Shown piece after piece: positions 38,471-47,420 of a DNA stretch of 64,000 nucleotides. The notes under the pieces were generated by a model, which saw only the letters and a program-made list of their open reading frames with translations, had not been told where the DNA came from and made no database searches. This DNA is from a virus (lineage: Duplodnaviria; Heunggongvirae; Uroviricota; Caudoviricetes): the IMG/VR virus record IMGVR_UViG_3300033070_001565; one strand, written 5' to 3'. Numbering within the stretch: position 1 is the first letter of the stretch; each line of letters begins with the position of its first letter. The position numbers and the translations under genes are program-made.

Positions 38471-39840
38471 GTGATCTGAAAAATTTGTACTCGTCCCTGC
38501 GCTCGAAGCTTGCTACGATCAATCGTTCAAAACTGTTTAGTAGTGCTCAGCAAGTGGGAGACATTTTCAATTCCGTTTCGGATTTCAGAGATAGCCCTGG
38601 ATTCCTTACGGGCGGGCAGGCAGCATTCAGGCTGATTGCGTTTGCCGATCAGATGCTGCAGCCTGACGATGCAGACGAGTTCTTCAAGAATGAATTCAAA
38701 GGAAAGACCTGGGTACAGATCTACTCTAATGACGTTCAGTCTCTGATCGCAAAAATGCTTGCAAAACACGTTGTCGAGCAGCATACGACAAAATGGACTT
38801 GGCAAATGGTTGACATTGCTCAAGTCAATGGGATCACATTCGGCTGGCTCCGTGAACAATCTTTCGCAAGCGGGAATGAGAAGTATCAGATGCTTCACGT
38901 TCTGCACGACGAAGTGCAACAAGCGAAAGACATCGTCAAGTCAATGGTGTGGAAGGCCGCTGGCTGCGATAACATAATCGCGTACAAGCTGAATGTACCA
39001 ACGAGCGAGTACGATGACGGCGATCAGATGAACGTCAGAAGGGATGATGAATATGAGTGTCACGAGAGTCTCCGTGCAACTCGTTGTGCAGCAAGGATCA
39101 AGAAATACATCTCGAATGGTAAGACTCGTTCGATCATGTTTTACGGTCCTCCGGGTACTGGCAAATCGACCCTCATCAGAACAATCGTAGCGAAGCTCAA
39201 GCTCAGAACTCTCAGAATCAACGTCGAACACATTAGAAATACAGAGACAATTCGTCAGCTCTGCGAGCTCTTCATGCCAGATGCCATCATCTTTGATGAT
39301 ATCGACAGAACAAACACGAGCGCAAGCTTGCTTGCACTCCTTGAGCAGCTGAGACATATCGTGAAGGTAATGCTCACATCTGCGAACTGGACATCCGAGT
39401 TTGATTGTGCCACCATCCGCCCTGGTCGAATTGACGAAATCGTACCAGTGATCAGGCTTGATAAGATTGCTCTGATGAAAATCTTGGGTGAGGAGAACAT
39501 CGATCTTTACTCGAGAGTGAGACGGTGGCCCATGGCTTACATCCAAGAAGCCTGTCTCCGGAGGAAGATCGAATCTGCAAAAGCGTTCGAACGTTCAATG
39601 AGCGAACTTGCACAGAGATGTGCTCATGATACCGAAATCTTTGAAGAAAAAGATCCCATTGGCCTAGGTACGAATCCTGCACGCAGGAAGCTCGCAAAGA
39701 AGCGCGCAAAAGAAAAGAAGCTCGTCGCTAGCGCTCCAAAAAATGGAACTTTCACGAGTGAACCACCAGGAAGAATTGCAAGACGCGGGGCTGCAATGCG
39801 TAGACTAGAGCGTATCAATCGGCGCCGCCTCTTACGATAA
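38467..39840 (+). CDS. AAA+ ATPase
   Basis: Walker A motif FYGPPGTGKSTL and Walker B motif IIFDDIDR. Confidence 0.75.
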   Translation: MSDLKNLYSSLRSKLATINRSKLFSSAQQVGDIFNSVSDFRDSPGFLTGGQAAFRLIAFADQMLQPDDADEFFKNEFKGKTWVQIYSNDVQSLIAKMLAKHVVEQHTTKWTWQMVDIAQVNGITFGWLREQSFASGNEKYQMLHVLHDEVQQAKDIVKSMVWKAAGCDNIIAYKLNVPTSEYDDGDQMNVRRDDEYECHESLRATRCAARIKKYISNGKTRSIMFYGPPGTGKSTLIRTIVAKLKLRTLRINVEHIRNTETIRQLCELFMPDAIIFDDIDRTNTSASLLALLEQLRHIVKVMLTSANWTSEFDCATIRPGRIDEIVPVIRLDKIALMKILGEENIDLYSRVRRWPMAYIQEACLRRKIESAKAFERSMSELAQRCAHDTEIFEEKDPIGLGTNPARRKLAKKRAKEKKLVASAPKNGTFTSEPPGRIARRGAAMRRLERINRRRLLR

Positions 39841-39881
39841 TGGTTCGGTGCAACACTCCTTACGAGGTGGTATGATGTCAT

Positions 39882-40793
39882 ATGGGCCTAGGTCTTGTAT
39901 GTCACCATGTCACTCTAGTGCGCGGTAAGCCTGTTAATTCGCTGTCTCCTCGTGCATTGCGAGTTTGTGACTTGCGAAGCGGCAAGCTTACAACAAACCA
40001 GATTCTTGCTGTCTGGCACGAGAATATCTCGTCTCACCGCGGCCTGCCAGCCAAGCTCTCTGCTTGCGGTGCTTCCACGTATCGCATTTCATCATCTCTG
40101 CTCCCGCTGTGGGATCTTGTTGACGATTCTGTGAAATACGATGCATCTGTCTCGGCTGCGCTAGCGCAAATTGGCTCAGAACTGGCTGGCATCCGCTGCG
40201 TCATGCATCCTGGCCAGTTCGTCTCGCTTTCATCTCAAGATCCCCGTGTGCAAGCATCGTCTCTTGGCGATCTCGCAATGCACGCGTACATTCTTGACTG
40301 TATGGGTTTTCCACGGTCTCAGCACGCTGCGATCAATATCCACGGTGGCTCGAAAGCTGGTCTCTTCGACACTATCGATGCTATCAACCGGCTGCCCGCT
40401 TCCATCAAGTCTCGCATTACTCTCGAGAACGACGAGCTCTGCTTCGCTACCGAACATCTCTTGTTTGCTCATTCCGAGACTGGCTGCCCCATCGTTTTCG
40501 ATTCTCACCACCACTCTCTCAATCCTGGCCGGCTCTCCACGCAGGATGCCTACGATGTTGCAGTATCGACTTGGCCATCTGGTATCCGCCCTCTTCAGCA
40601 CATCTCGTCATCCCGTCCCGAGTCAGTTGGCGGTACTCTGTCTCAACTCCGCGCGCACGGTGATTACATTACACACATCTACGAGTGTCAGGCGGCCGGT
40701 GTTATCTCGAACTCGATCGACCTCGAGATCGAGGCGAAAGCCAAGAATTTTGCCGTTGCCCGTGTACGTGATAATCTCTTTCCGGGAGCATAA
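39882..40793 (+). CDS. uvdE: UV damage endonuclease (UvdE family)
   Basis: LGLVCHHVTL N-terminus and VMHPGQFVSLSS...AAINIHGGS, typical of UvdE TIM-barrel nucleases. Confidence 0.65.
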   Translation: MGLGLVCHHVTLVRGKPVNSLSPRALRVCDLRSGKLTTNQILAVWHENISSHRGLPAKLSACGASTYRISSSLLPLWDLVDDSVKYDASVSAALAQIGSELAGIRCVMHPGQFVSLSSQDPRVQASSLGDLAMHAYILDCMGFPRSQHAAINIHGGSKAGLFDTIDAINRLPASIKSRITLENDELCFATEHLLFAHSETGCPIVFDSHHHSLNPGRLSTQDAYDVAVSTWPSGIRPLQHISSSRPESVGGTLSQLRAHGDYITHIYECQAAGVISNSIDLEIEAKAKNFAVARVRDNLFPGA

Positions 40794-40802
40794 TATGGGT
40801 GT

Positions 40803-42413
40803 ATGCAAGAACATGAAACAGAGCTCCCGAGCCAGAACACGGCACAGGGACCAACCCGTGTGCTCTTTGGAGACGAAGCTCGCGCAGCAGTACTCGTTGG
40901 CGTTGAGATTGCTGGCCGCGCAGTCGGCGCGACCATGGGCCCCGGTGGCCGCACAGTCATCATCGAAAATAAGGGGAAGTCACCAACCGTAACAAAGGAC
41001 GGAGTGACAGTATGTGGGTTTGTGAACCCCAGAGACCCCTTTGCGCGGCTTGGGGCTGACTTGGTGAAGGAAGCAGCGCAGAAGACGAATGAGATTGCGG
41101 GAGATGGAACGACGACGGCATCTGTCCTTGCCTCTGCACTCTGTACCCGTGCGAGGAAGCATCTCTCTGTTGGAGTAGATCCCGTTGCTCTGAGAACAGG
41201 ATACGAGAAGGCTGCTCAAATCGCTCTCGAATATGTTGAGAAGCTAGCTCGACCCGTACAGACGAATGAGGATCTTGCACACGTTGCGAGGATCTCTGCG
41301 AATGGTGATAAGTTCGTCGGAGATCTCGTTGCACGTGCTCTTGCAAGGGTTGGAGCTCACGGAATCGTCACTGTAGAAGAATCACGTGGGGTACAGACAG
41401 AGCTCGAGGTTGTTGCGGGTACCCGGATTGATAGAGGGTATGCATCGCCGTATTTTGTGACATCTGGATCCGATCGTACGGCGAGACTTGAGCAGCCATT
41501 CGTCTTTCTCACAGACAGAAAGATCACGTCTTTCAAGGAGATTATGACAATTCTCGAGCACGTGAATAACTCGAGACGCTCCCTTCTCATTGTCGCAGAT
41601 GATTACGATTCTGATGTTTTGCAGGCTCTCGTTCTCAACAAAACACGTGGGGGATTGAAGGTATGCGCGATTAAGGCCCCCGCGGCTGGAGTGATCAGAG
41701 CCCAGCTTCTCGAGGATCTTGCGGTGCTTACTGGAGCTACAGTACTCATGGGGTCTGATAGCTGGGAGAGTCTAAAGCCCGATCACCTGGGTCAGTGCGA
41801 AACAGTCGTTGTCGATGCAAAGAAAACGACATTCATAAGAGGAAAGGGTACTCCAGAAGCGATTGCAGGAAGAGTTGCCGATCTCACTCTCAGAGTGAAT
41901 AATCCTGTTCTTACAGACATGGAGAGGAACTTTGTGAGAGGCAGACTTGCAGGATTGACTGCGGGAATTGGAGTTATCAAAGTCGGAGGGTACACTGATG
42001 TTGAGATCGGTGAACTCAAGCATCGCATTGAGGATGCTCTCAATGCAGCTCTCGGTGCTGCTGCTCAGGGAGTTGTTCCTGGAGGTGGAAGAGTACTCCA
42101 GCTCGCTTCAGGGGTCGTAAGTGCAGCGCGCAGACTGAACGATAACGAGGATGAGGCACTCGGAATGGCACAGTTTGCAGATGCTCTCCTCGATCCTGCA
42201 CGCAAGATTCTTGAAAATGCCGGGATGAAGACGATCGTATTTGACACTGAAGATGAGTGGTCGACTTACGATATCTCAGCAAAGAAAGCCGTGAATGCCT
42301 ACACTGCAGGTCTTCTCGATTCTGCGCGGGTTACTCTGGCTGCAATTGCAAATGCAACATCGGTTGCAAAGGCATTCGTATCTCTCGATGTTGCAATCAT
42401 CTCAGAGACATAA
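40803..42413 (+). CDS. groL: chaperonin GroEL (Cpn60)
   Basis: ATMGPGGRTVII, TKDGVTV and AGDGTTTASVLA motifs. Full length is 536 aa and the GGM tail is absent. Confidence 0.9.
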   Translation: MQEHETELPSQNTAQGPTRVLFGDEARAAVLVGVEIAGRAVGATMGPGGRTVIIENKGKSPTVTKDGVTVCGFVNPRDPFARLGADLVKEAAQKTNEIAGDGTTTASVLASALCTRARKHLSVGVDPVALRTGYEKAAQIALEYVEKLARPVQTNEDLAHVARISANGDKFVGDLVARALARVGAHGIVTVEESRGVQTELEVVAGTRIDRGYASPYFVTSGSDRTARLEQPFVFLTDRKITSFKEIMTILEHVNNSRRSLLIVADDYDSDVLQALVLNKTRGGLKVCAIKAPAAGVIRAQLLEDLAVLTGATVLMGSDSWESLKPDHLGQCETVVVDAKKTTFIRGKGTPEAIAGRVADLTLRVNNPVLTDMERNFVRGRLAGLTAGIGVIKVGGYTDVEIGELKHRIEDALNAALGAAAQGVVPGGGRVLQLASGVVSAARRLNDNEDEALGMAQFADALLDPARKILENAGMKTIVFDTEDEWSTYDISAKKAVNAYTAGLLDSARVTLAAIANATSVAKAFVSLDVAIISET

Positions 42414-42662
42414 TGATCTCACCTGGCTCTCTCGTAAGCTCGACACTGCGTGATGGTCATGGTGGATTTGGTATGGGACCTGTTTTCAAGTGCGGAATCG
42501 TTTACTGCATGCGGCCTTCTCCTCGGTCTGTACTTGAGCAGATGTACTGTTATGTCATCACACACAACAACATATACTGGTTGCCAATGACACCGGGAGA
42601 GCTTCACGCTATTGTGTTAAAAGCATTGAAAATTGTGCACGTTTTGATAAGAATGTGGTTAC

Positions 42663-44225
42663 ATGGCACGCGATTGGACTGCATTCTTTCCACATCCCAC
42701 TCCTCGCCCGGAACAGATCAAGACGCTAGACGCAATTGCAGATGCCTATGAGGCTGGTCACACGCATTTTATTGCAGCGCTGCCGACAGGAACAGGCAAG
42801 TCTGCAATTGCGCTTGCCTTTGCTCGGTGGTTCGACTCCCGTACAGCGGGTGGTGCTCACATTCTCACATCCCAGAGAATCTTGCAGGATCAGTATGCAA
42901 AAGAATTTACCGGAGCTGTCTCTGACATGAGATCGTCCGGAAATTTTACTTGCAATGGAAAACCCGATCACACGTGCGGTCAAGTTTCTCGCTTGAGGCA
43001 GTCGCTCCCTAAGGTTGGCTGGGTGAAGGGAATCTCTTGCAAAGTTTGTCCCTATCAGGTCAAAAAAGAGGAGTACATCAACAATCCGATTGGCTGCACA
43101 AATTACTCGTTCTTCCTCTCAGAAAGAGTCTATGCCGGTAAGCTCCCCCTGCGCGGACTCATGATCTGCGATGAGGCTCACAATGTCGAGGATGAGGTTC
43201 GTCGTTGGGCAACAGTGAGTATTAACAGGAAGTTCGCCGTTGGAAAGCTAAAACTTGACTGGCCCACCGAAGCAGATCTCCCTGCGTGGATTCTCGATGT
43301 GTACCGGCCGGCAGTCATGAAGTACTACGAGAAGCTTGTTCTCAAGGTCAAGAAAACTGGTGAAGGACCTCACCAGGCAAACATGCCCTCTCTCGTAGCG
43401 GAACTCGATTTCATGGACAAGCATCGGTGTCAGCTGAACCGAATGGATCTCGTCGATGTATCTTATGTGTACACGTACGGATTCGATGAGGCTTCTGCGA
43501 TTCCTCTCGATGTCACTGTCGAGATTAACGAGAATCTTTGGAAGGGTACTTCGTTCGTTCTCTTGATGACAGCGACAGCCCTAGATCGACGTCTGTTCAT
43601 CCAATCAACTGCGGTACCTGATACCACACCATATTTTGAGCTGCCCTCTCCATTCGAGGCCTGGAGGTACGGAATCACATATACGGCAACGGCAAGGATG
43701 TCCGGTGGTGGGATCAAGCTTCACGGAGACAAGATCAAACGCGCAATCAAGGAGATTCTGCGTCTCCACCCGAACGATAAGGGAATTATCCACGCAAACA
43801 GCTACGAGATCACTCGAGTGATCGAAGAGCTCAGGGATCCGAGGTTGCTCATTCAAAAGACGGGAGCAGATCGAGAGGGAATGCTCGAGAGACACAAGAT
43901 GAGCTCTCAGCCAACAGTGCTCGTATCTCCCGGTATGACAGAGGGAGTTGATCTCAGGGGAGACATGGGAAGGTTTCAGGTGATTGCAAAGATCCCTTAC
44001 CCGTACTTTGGAGATCCCGTTGTATCTGCTCACGTAAAATCAGACCGTGAGTGGTATGCATGGCAGACAATTATGACGCTTGTTCAGGCGGTTGGCCGCT
44101 GCGTGAGGAACAAGGAAGACTGGGCAAAAACGTACATTCTCGATCAGTGCTTTGTCGATCTTCTCAATCAACACCCGAAATTCTTTCCTGAATACTTCGA
44201 ACATCTGGAAGTGATCAGCTTGTAA
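42663..44225 (+). CDS. SF2 DEAH-box helicase (DinG/Rad3-like)
   Basis: Walker A motif LPTGTGKSAIALA and Walker B motif LMICDEAHNVED. Confidence 0.7.
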   Translation: MARDWTAFFPHPTPRPEQIKTLDAIADAYEAGHTHFIAALPTGTGKSAIALAFARWFDSRTAGGAHILTSQRILQDQYAKEFTGAVSDMRSSGNFTCNGKPDHTCGQVSRLRQSLPKVGWVKGISCKVCPYQVKKEEYINNPIGCTNYSFFLSERVYAGKLPLRGLMICDEAHNVEDEVRRWATVSINRKFAVGKLKLDWPTEADLPAWILDVYRPAVMKYYEKLVLKVKKTGEGPHQANMPSLVAELDFMDKHRCQLNRMDLVDVSYVYTYGFDEASAIPLDVTVEINENLWKGTSFVLLMTATALDRRLFIQSTAVPDTTPYFELPSPFEAWRYGITYTATARMSGGGIKLHGDKIKRAIKEILRLHPNDKGIIHANSYEITRVIEELRDPRLLIQKTGADREGMLERHKMSSQPTVLVSPGMTEGVDLRGDMGRFQVIAKIPYPYFGDPVVSAHVKSDREWYAWQTIMTLVQAVGRCVRNKEDWAKTYILDQCFVDLLNQHPKFFPEYFEHLEVISL

Positions 44226-44236
44226 TTATCCACAGC

Positions 44237-45004
44237 GTGGAAAAGAAAATAAAGCTGTTTCGTAGGCTTGAGATTGAAACGCAATCGACTTGTAACCGTC
44301 ACTGTGTTACATGCTTGCGTAATTCAATACCAGACAGGGAGTCTGTAGCTCCATGGTTCACGAAGAACCAGCTCTCGCTGCAAGATATCGAAAGGATCTT
44401 GCAAGAATCCAAGGCGATTGGATTCAGCGGAGAGGTGTGCCTGTCTCATTACAATGAGCCTCTGCAAGACGAGAGAATTATCGACATAGCAAAACTCGTG
44501 AGGTCTCTTGGCTTCTCGAGACTTTTCTTTTGTACGAATGGCGATTATCTCACAGACGAGATTGCAGAGAGCCTCGATGGTCTCTTGAACGACATCGGTG
44601 TTGCGCTATACATGGAAGATCCCGTACGTGGGAAGCGCGAGAAATGGATCAGAGGTCTTTTCAAGAAAACTCGTCTCAATCTCTCACACGGTGAGCACAT
44701 GGTCACACACTATAGTCCGCTCATCGAAACTGGAAATCTCGTCAAATCGAACAGGGGTAATCCGTGTCACCATCCGACGGTACGTATGATTGTGAATCAC
44801 AGGGGTCAGATGCTCCTATGCTGTGATGATCTGACTGGTAACTTTGATCTTGGAACGATCCATGAGAAATCGGTCGAAGAGCTCTGGTTCGGCGAGAAGC
44901 ACCAAAATTATGTGATCGAGCTCTCACAGAGGGGAGGAAGAAAGATTCATCCTCACTGTCTCTCTTGTCCGAGGGCTGGATTATGGGCACACCAAGAAAG
45001 CTAG
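44237..45004 (+). CDS. radical SAM protein with a C-terminal Cys cluster (SPASM/twitch-like)
   Basis: CNRHCVTC (CX3CX2C) plus C-terminal CHHP...LLCCDD...HPHCLSCP. Confidence 0.6.
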   Translation: MEKKIKLFRRLEIETQSTCNRHCVTCLRNSIPDRESVAPWFTKNQLSLQDIERILQESKAIGFSGEVCLSHYNEPLQDERIIDIAKLVRSLGFSRLFFCTNGDYLTDEIAESLDGLLNDIGVALYMEDPVRGKREKWIRGLFKKTRLNLSHGEHMVTHYSPLIETGNLVKSNRGNPCHHPTVRMIVNHRGQMLLCCDDLTGNFDLGTIHEKSVEELWFGEKHQNYVIELSQRGGRKIHPHCLSCPRAGLWAHQES

Positions 45005-45564
45005 CGAGAAGATCAGACAAGAAAGAAGTGAGAGTTGGTACTCATGTTCCTGTTCTTGAGATCTGTTTTAAATCTGCAAACATACGGAGAGTACTCGAAC
45101 ACGGAATGGGTAAGGTGAGCACAGGATTCTTTCATGAAATGCGAGGTCTTGATCTCGTACTGTCTCTCGAGGATGATCCCGCATGGAAGAAGTGCGATCA
45201 CTGCGGTCTTTTGAGTCCATTCCACACAGTTGCGAGTTACACGAACAAAAGTGATATGGAGCTCCTCATGGCGACTGCATTCGATCCAGCCGAGACTCTC
45301 GTTTTCTTGGACGGCCCTCACAAACAGAGAGGAGAAATATTCGAGCTAGCGATCTCAATGGGATTCGAAAACATTGTCGAGCACGATACAGAGTCTCTGA
45401 GCGATACGGAGATGAGACAGAGATGTAAGATTGCCGGCGATGCTGGTTACGAGTCTCTTGCATACATCCAGCTCAACCCCGAAACCACCCTCTACACGCT
45501 GAGTGGAATCTCTCACGAGCACCTCATTCCAGTACACAAAATAAGGTCGTTAGTTGGCCACTGA
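44983..45564 (+). CDS. hypothetical protein
   Basis: Product of 193 aa. Confidence 0.35.
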   Translation: MGTPRKLARRSDKKEVRVGTHVPVLEICFKSANIRRVLEHGMGKVSTGFFHEMRGLDLVLSLEDDPAWKKCDHCGLLSPFHTVASYTNKSDMELLMATAFDPAETLVFLDGPHKQRGEIFELAISMGFENIVEHDTESLSDTEMRQRCKIAGDAGYESLAYIQLNPETTLYTLSGISHEHLIPVHKIRSLVGH

Positions 45565-45681
45565 GTGTCACCAGGACACACCACAGTACACTTTCTAAAA
45601 GTCAGTGCCAGTCCCTAATGAAAGTGTACGTAGACAGTCCAATGTGAACTAAGCCAGCAAGAGCGCTCCATACATATACTC

Positions 45682-47412
45682 ATGAGAGCGCTTCGTGAGT
45701 ATATTCGTCTTCATATTCAAGATATCCTTGTGGAGGGACGACTTGAAGATGCAAAGAAGAAGTACGCAGATCGTGTTGACGATCAGATATTTCAACTGAT
45801 TGTTGCGAATGATCCATCTGGAAATCACAAGTATCTCGATTGGGCATGCAGAGAGATTGTCGCAGGAGCGAAACCAGATGATGTCATCCCAACGTTTAAC
45901 GAATGGGAAAGAGTCGGAAAAAATCTGCCTCAAAAAGACATCTATAAGTTCTCAGCAAAACAAGCAGAGGATGCTCTCAAGGATTACGATGCAAAGCAAG
46001 CTGGTAAGAGAAAACAGAAATATGGGAACATTTCAGGTGCCACACCGATTGGAGAGACTGAGAGATATCTTGTCTACAGAATTACATCGCATGAGGCATC
46101 ACAAACGCTTGGATCTGGTACGAAGTGGTGTATCACAATGAGTACCGATCGATACTGGAACATGTATACTGAAGAGAAGGGTGGAAAGTTTCACTTCTTC
46201 ATACCAAAGAGTTCATCTAACGAAAAGCTTGCATGTCTGACTTACAGAAATGGTTCTCAAGAAGTTTATGCCGAAGATGATTCGATTGTAGATCTTGCGC
46301 TGACGCCTCAGCAAGAGTGTCGTATTGCGTGGACTGATGTTGACAATAGCGTCAGAAAACTTTTTCTGTCTCAAGATATCGAGAAATACGATAGTAATAC
46401 TCTGAGATGGATTCTCAGCGGAGATCATCTAAAAGATCAGCAAATCGTCGACGAACTCATCAAGGCTCTCTACGATGACAGTCTTGATCTCAACGATGCG
46501 AAAAATATTGTTGACGCTCTCTCGAAGTCACAGGGCAACATTCAACGTTTGCGAGAATTGCTGAGAAATGAACGTATCAATACATCACGTATGATGGCAC
46601 TCTGTTCGCTGATTATCAAGCATCTCGGTGATGATCTGCTTGAAGACGTTGCACTCCATGATGAACTATCTCGTGGAGCAAGATTCGCATTTTCGCATGT
46701 TTACGAGAAACTTGCTAGAAAAGCAGACCAGAATAACGATGAGCATCTCAAACGAGCTCTTATCTCGATGCTCGATAAGCCAGGAATGAACTCATCTGCA
46801 ATCGTTCAAATTTCGTTGTTGCTTCCAGCAGAGACTCTTCTCAAAATTGCTAGCGATCCATCCGCCGAAGTGTTCTCTCTTATCGCAGCGTCGAAATACT
46901 ATCCAAAACAAGTCGTTAACAATCCTGCATTCAAAAAAATAGTTGAGGCCGACCGTGTAGACCTCTGGCACACGATATCACAGCGAGAATTGATCCGCCA
47001 AAACGTAATGCTCAACGAGGACACGTCAATGCTTCTCATCGAGAATAGCAATGAACCTGTTTGGTTTGATGAAATAATCTACACAGATAGAACTGTAACT
47101 GCAACTCTCGAACGGTGGCCAGAGGTGCTCCGTTATGCGACTAATGATGCAATCGAAAGATTGAAAAAATCAAATATTTCTTGGAATACGTGGAAATACG
47201 TCATTGAAAACTCTCAAAGCTTTCAAAATCAATTCAAGAATGCATCTGTCCTCCTTAAAAAGGGTCTCGTATCACAATCTGACATCATGCAGTGGATGCA
47301 TTCTATTCCTGTGAGAAATGTACAGAACATGCTACTTGCATGGCACAAGTACGGGATTAACGACGCTGCTATGAAATCACTAGCGCAGCAATATGCTGAG
47401 TCTGCTGACTAA
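45682..47412 (+). CDS. large paralogue 1 (LREYIRLxIxxILxEGRLEDAK leader)
   Basis: Product of 576 aa. Shares MRALREYIRLHIQDILVEGRLEDAKKKY and KDYDAKQAGKRKQKY with the next gene. Confidence 0.55.
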   Translation: MRALREYIRLHIQDILVEGRLEDAKKKYADRVDDQIFQLIVANDPSGNHKYLDWACREIVAGAKPDDVIPTFNEWERVGKNLPQKDIYKFSAKQAEDALKDYDAKQAGKRKQKYGNISGATPIGETERYLVYRITSHEASQTLGSGTKWCITMSTDRYWNMYTEEKGGKFHFFIPKSSSNEKLACLTYRNGSQEVYAEDDSIVDLALTPQQECRIAWTDVDNSVRKLFLSQDIEKYDSNTLRWILSGDHLKDQQIVDELIKALYDDSLDLNDAKNIVDALSKSQGNIQRLRELLRNERINTSRMMALCSLIIKHLGDDLLEDVALHDELSRGARFAFSHVYEKLARKADQNNDEHLKRALISMLDKPGMNSSAIVQISLLLPAETLLKIASDPSAEVFSLIAASKYYPKQVVNNPAFKKIVEADRVDLWHTISQRELIRQNVMLNEDTSMLLIENSNEPVWFDEIIYTDRTVTATLERWPEVLRYATNDAIERLKKSNISWNTWKYVIENSQSFQNQFKNASVLLKKGLVSQSDIMQWMHSIPVRNVQNMLLAWHKYGINDAAMKSLAQQYAESAD

Positions 47413-47420
47413 TTTACTAT

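Noticed and set aside
40171-40992. 273-aa plus-strand ORF rich in Ser, Leu and Thr
   Set aside because: It lies entirely in alternative frames of the well-supported UvdE and GroEL genes. The composition is typical of an out-of-frame artefact.
42257-42751. 164-aa ORF spanning the GroEL 3' end and the helicase 5' end
   Set aside because: It overlaps two strong genes. It is Cys and Arg rich and low-complexity.
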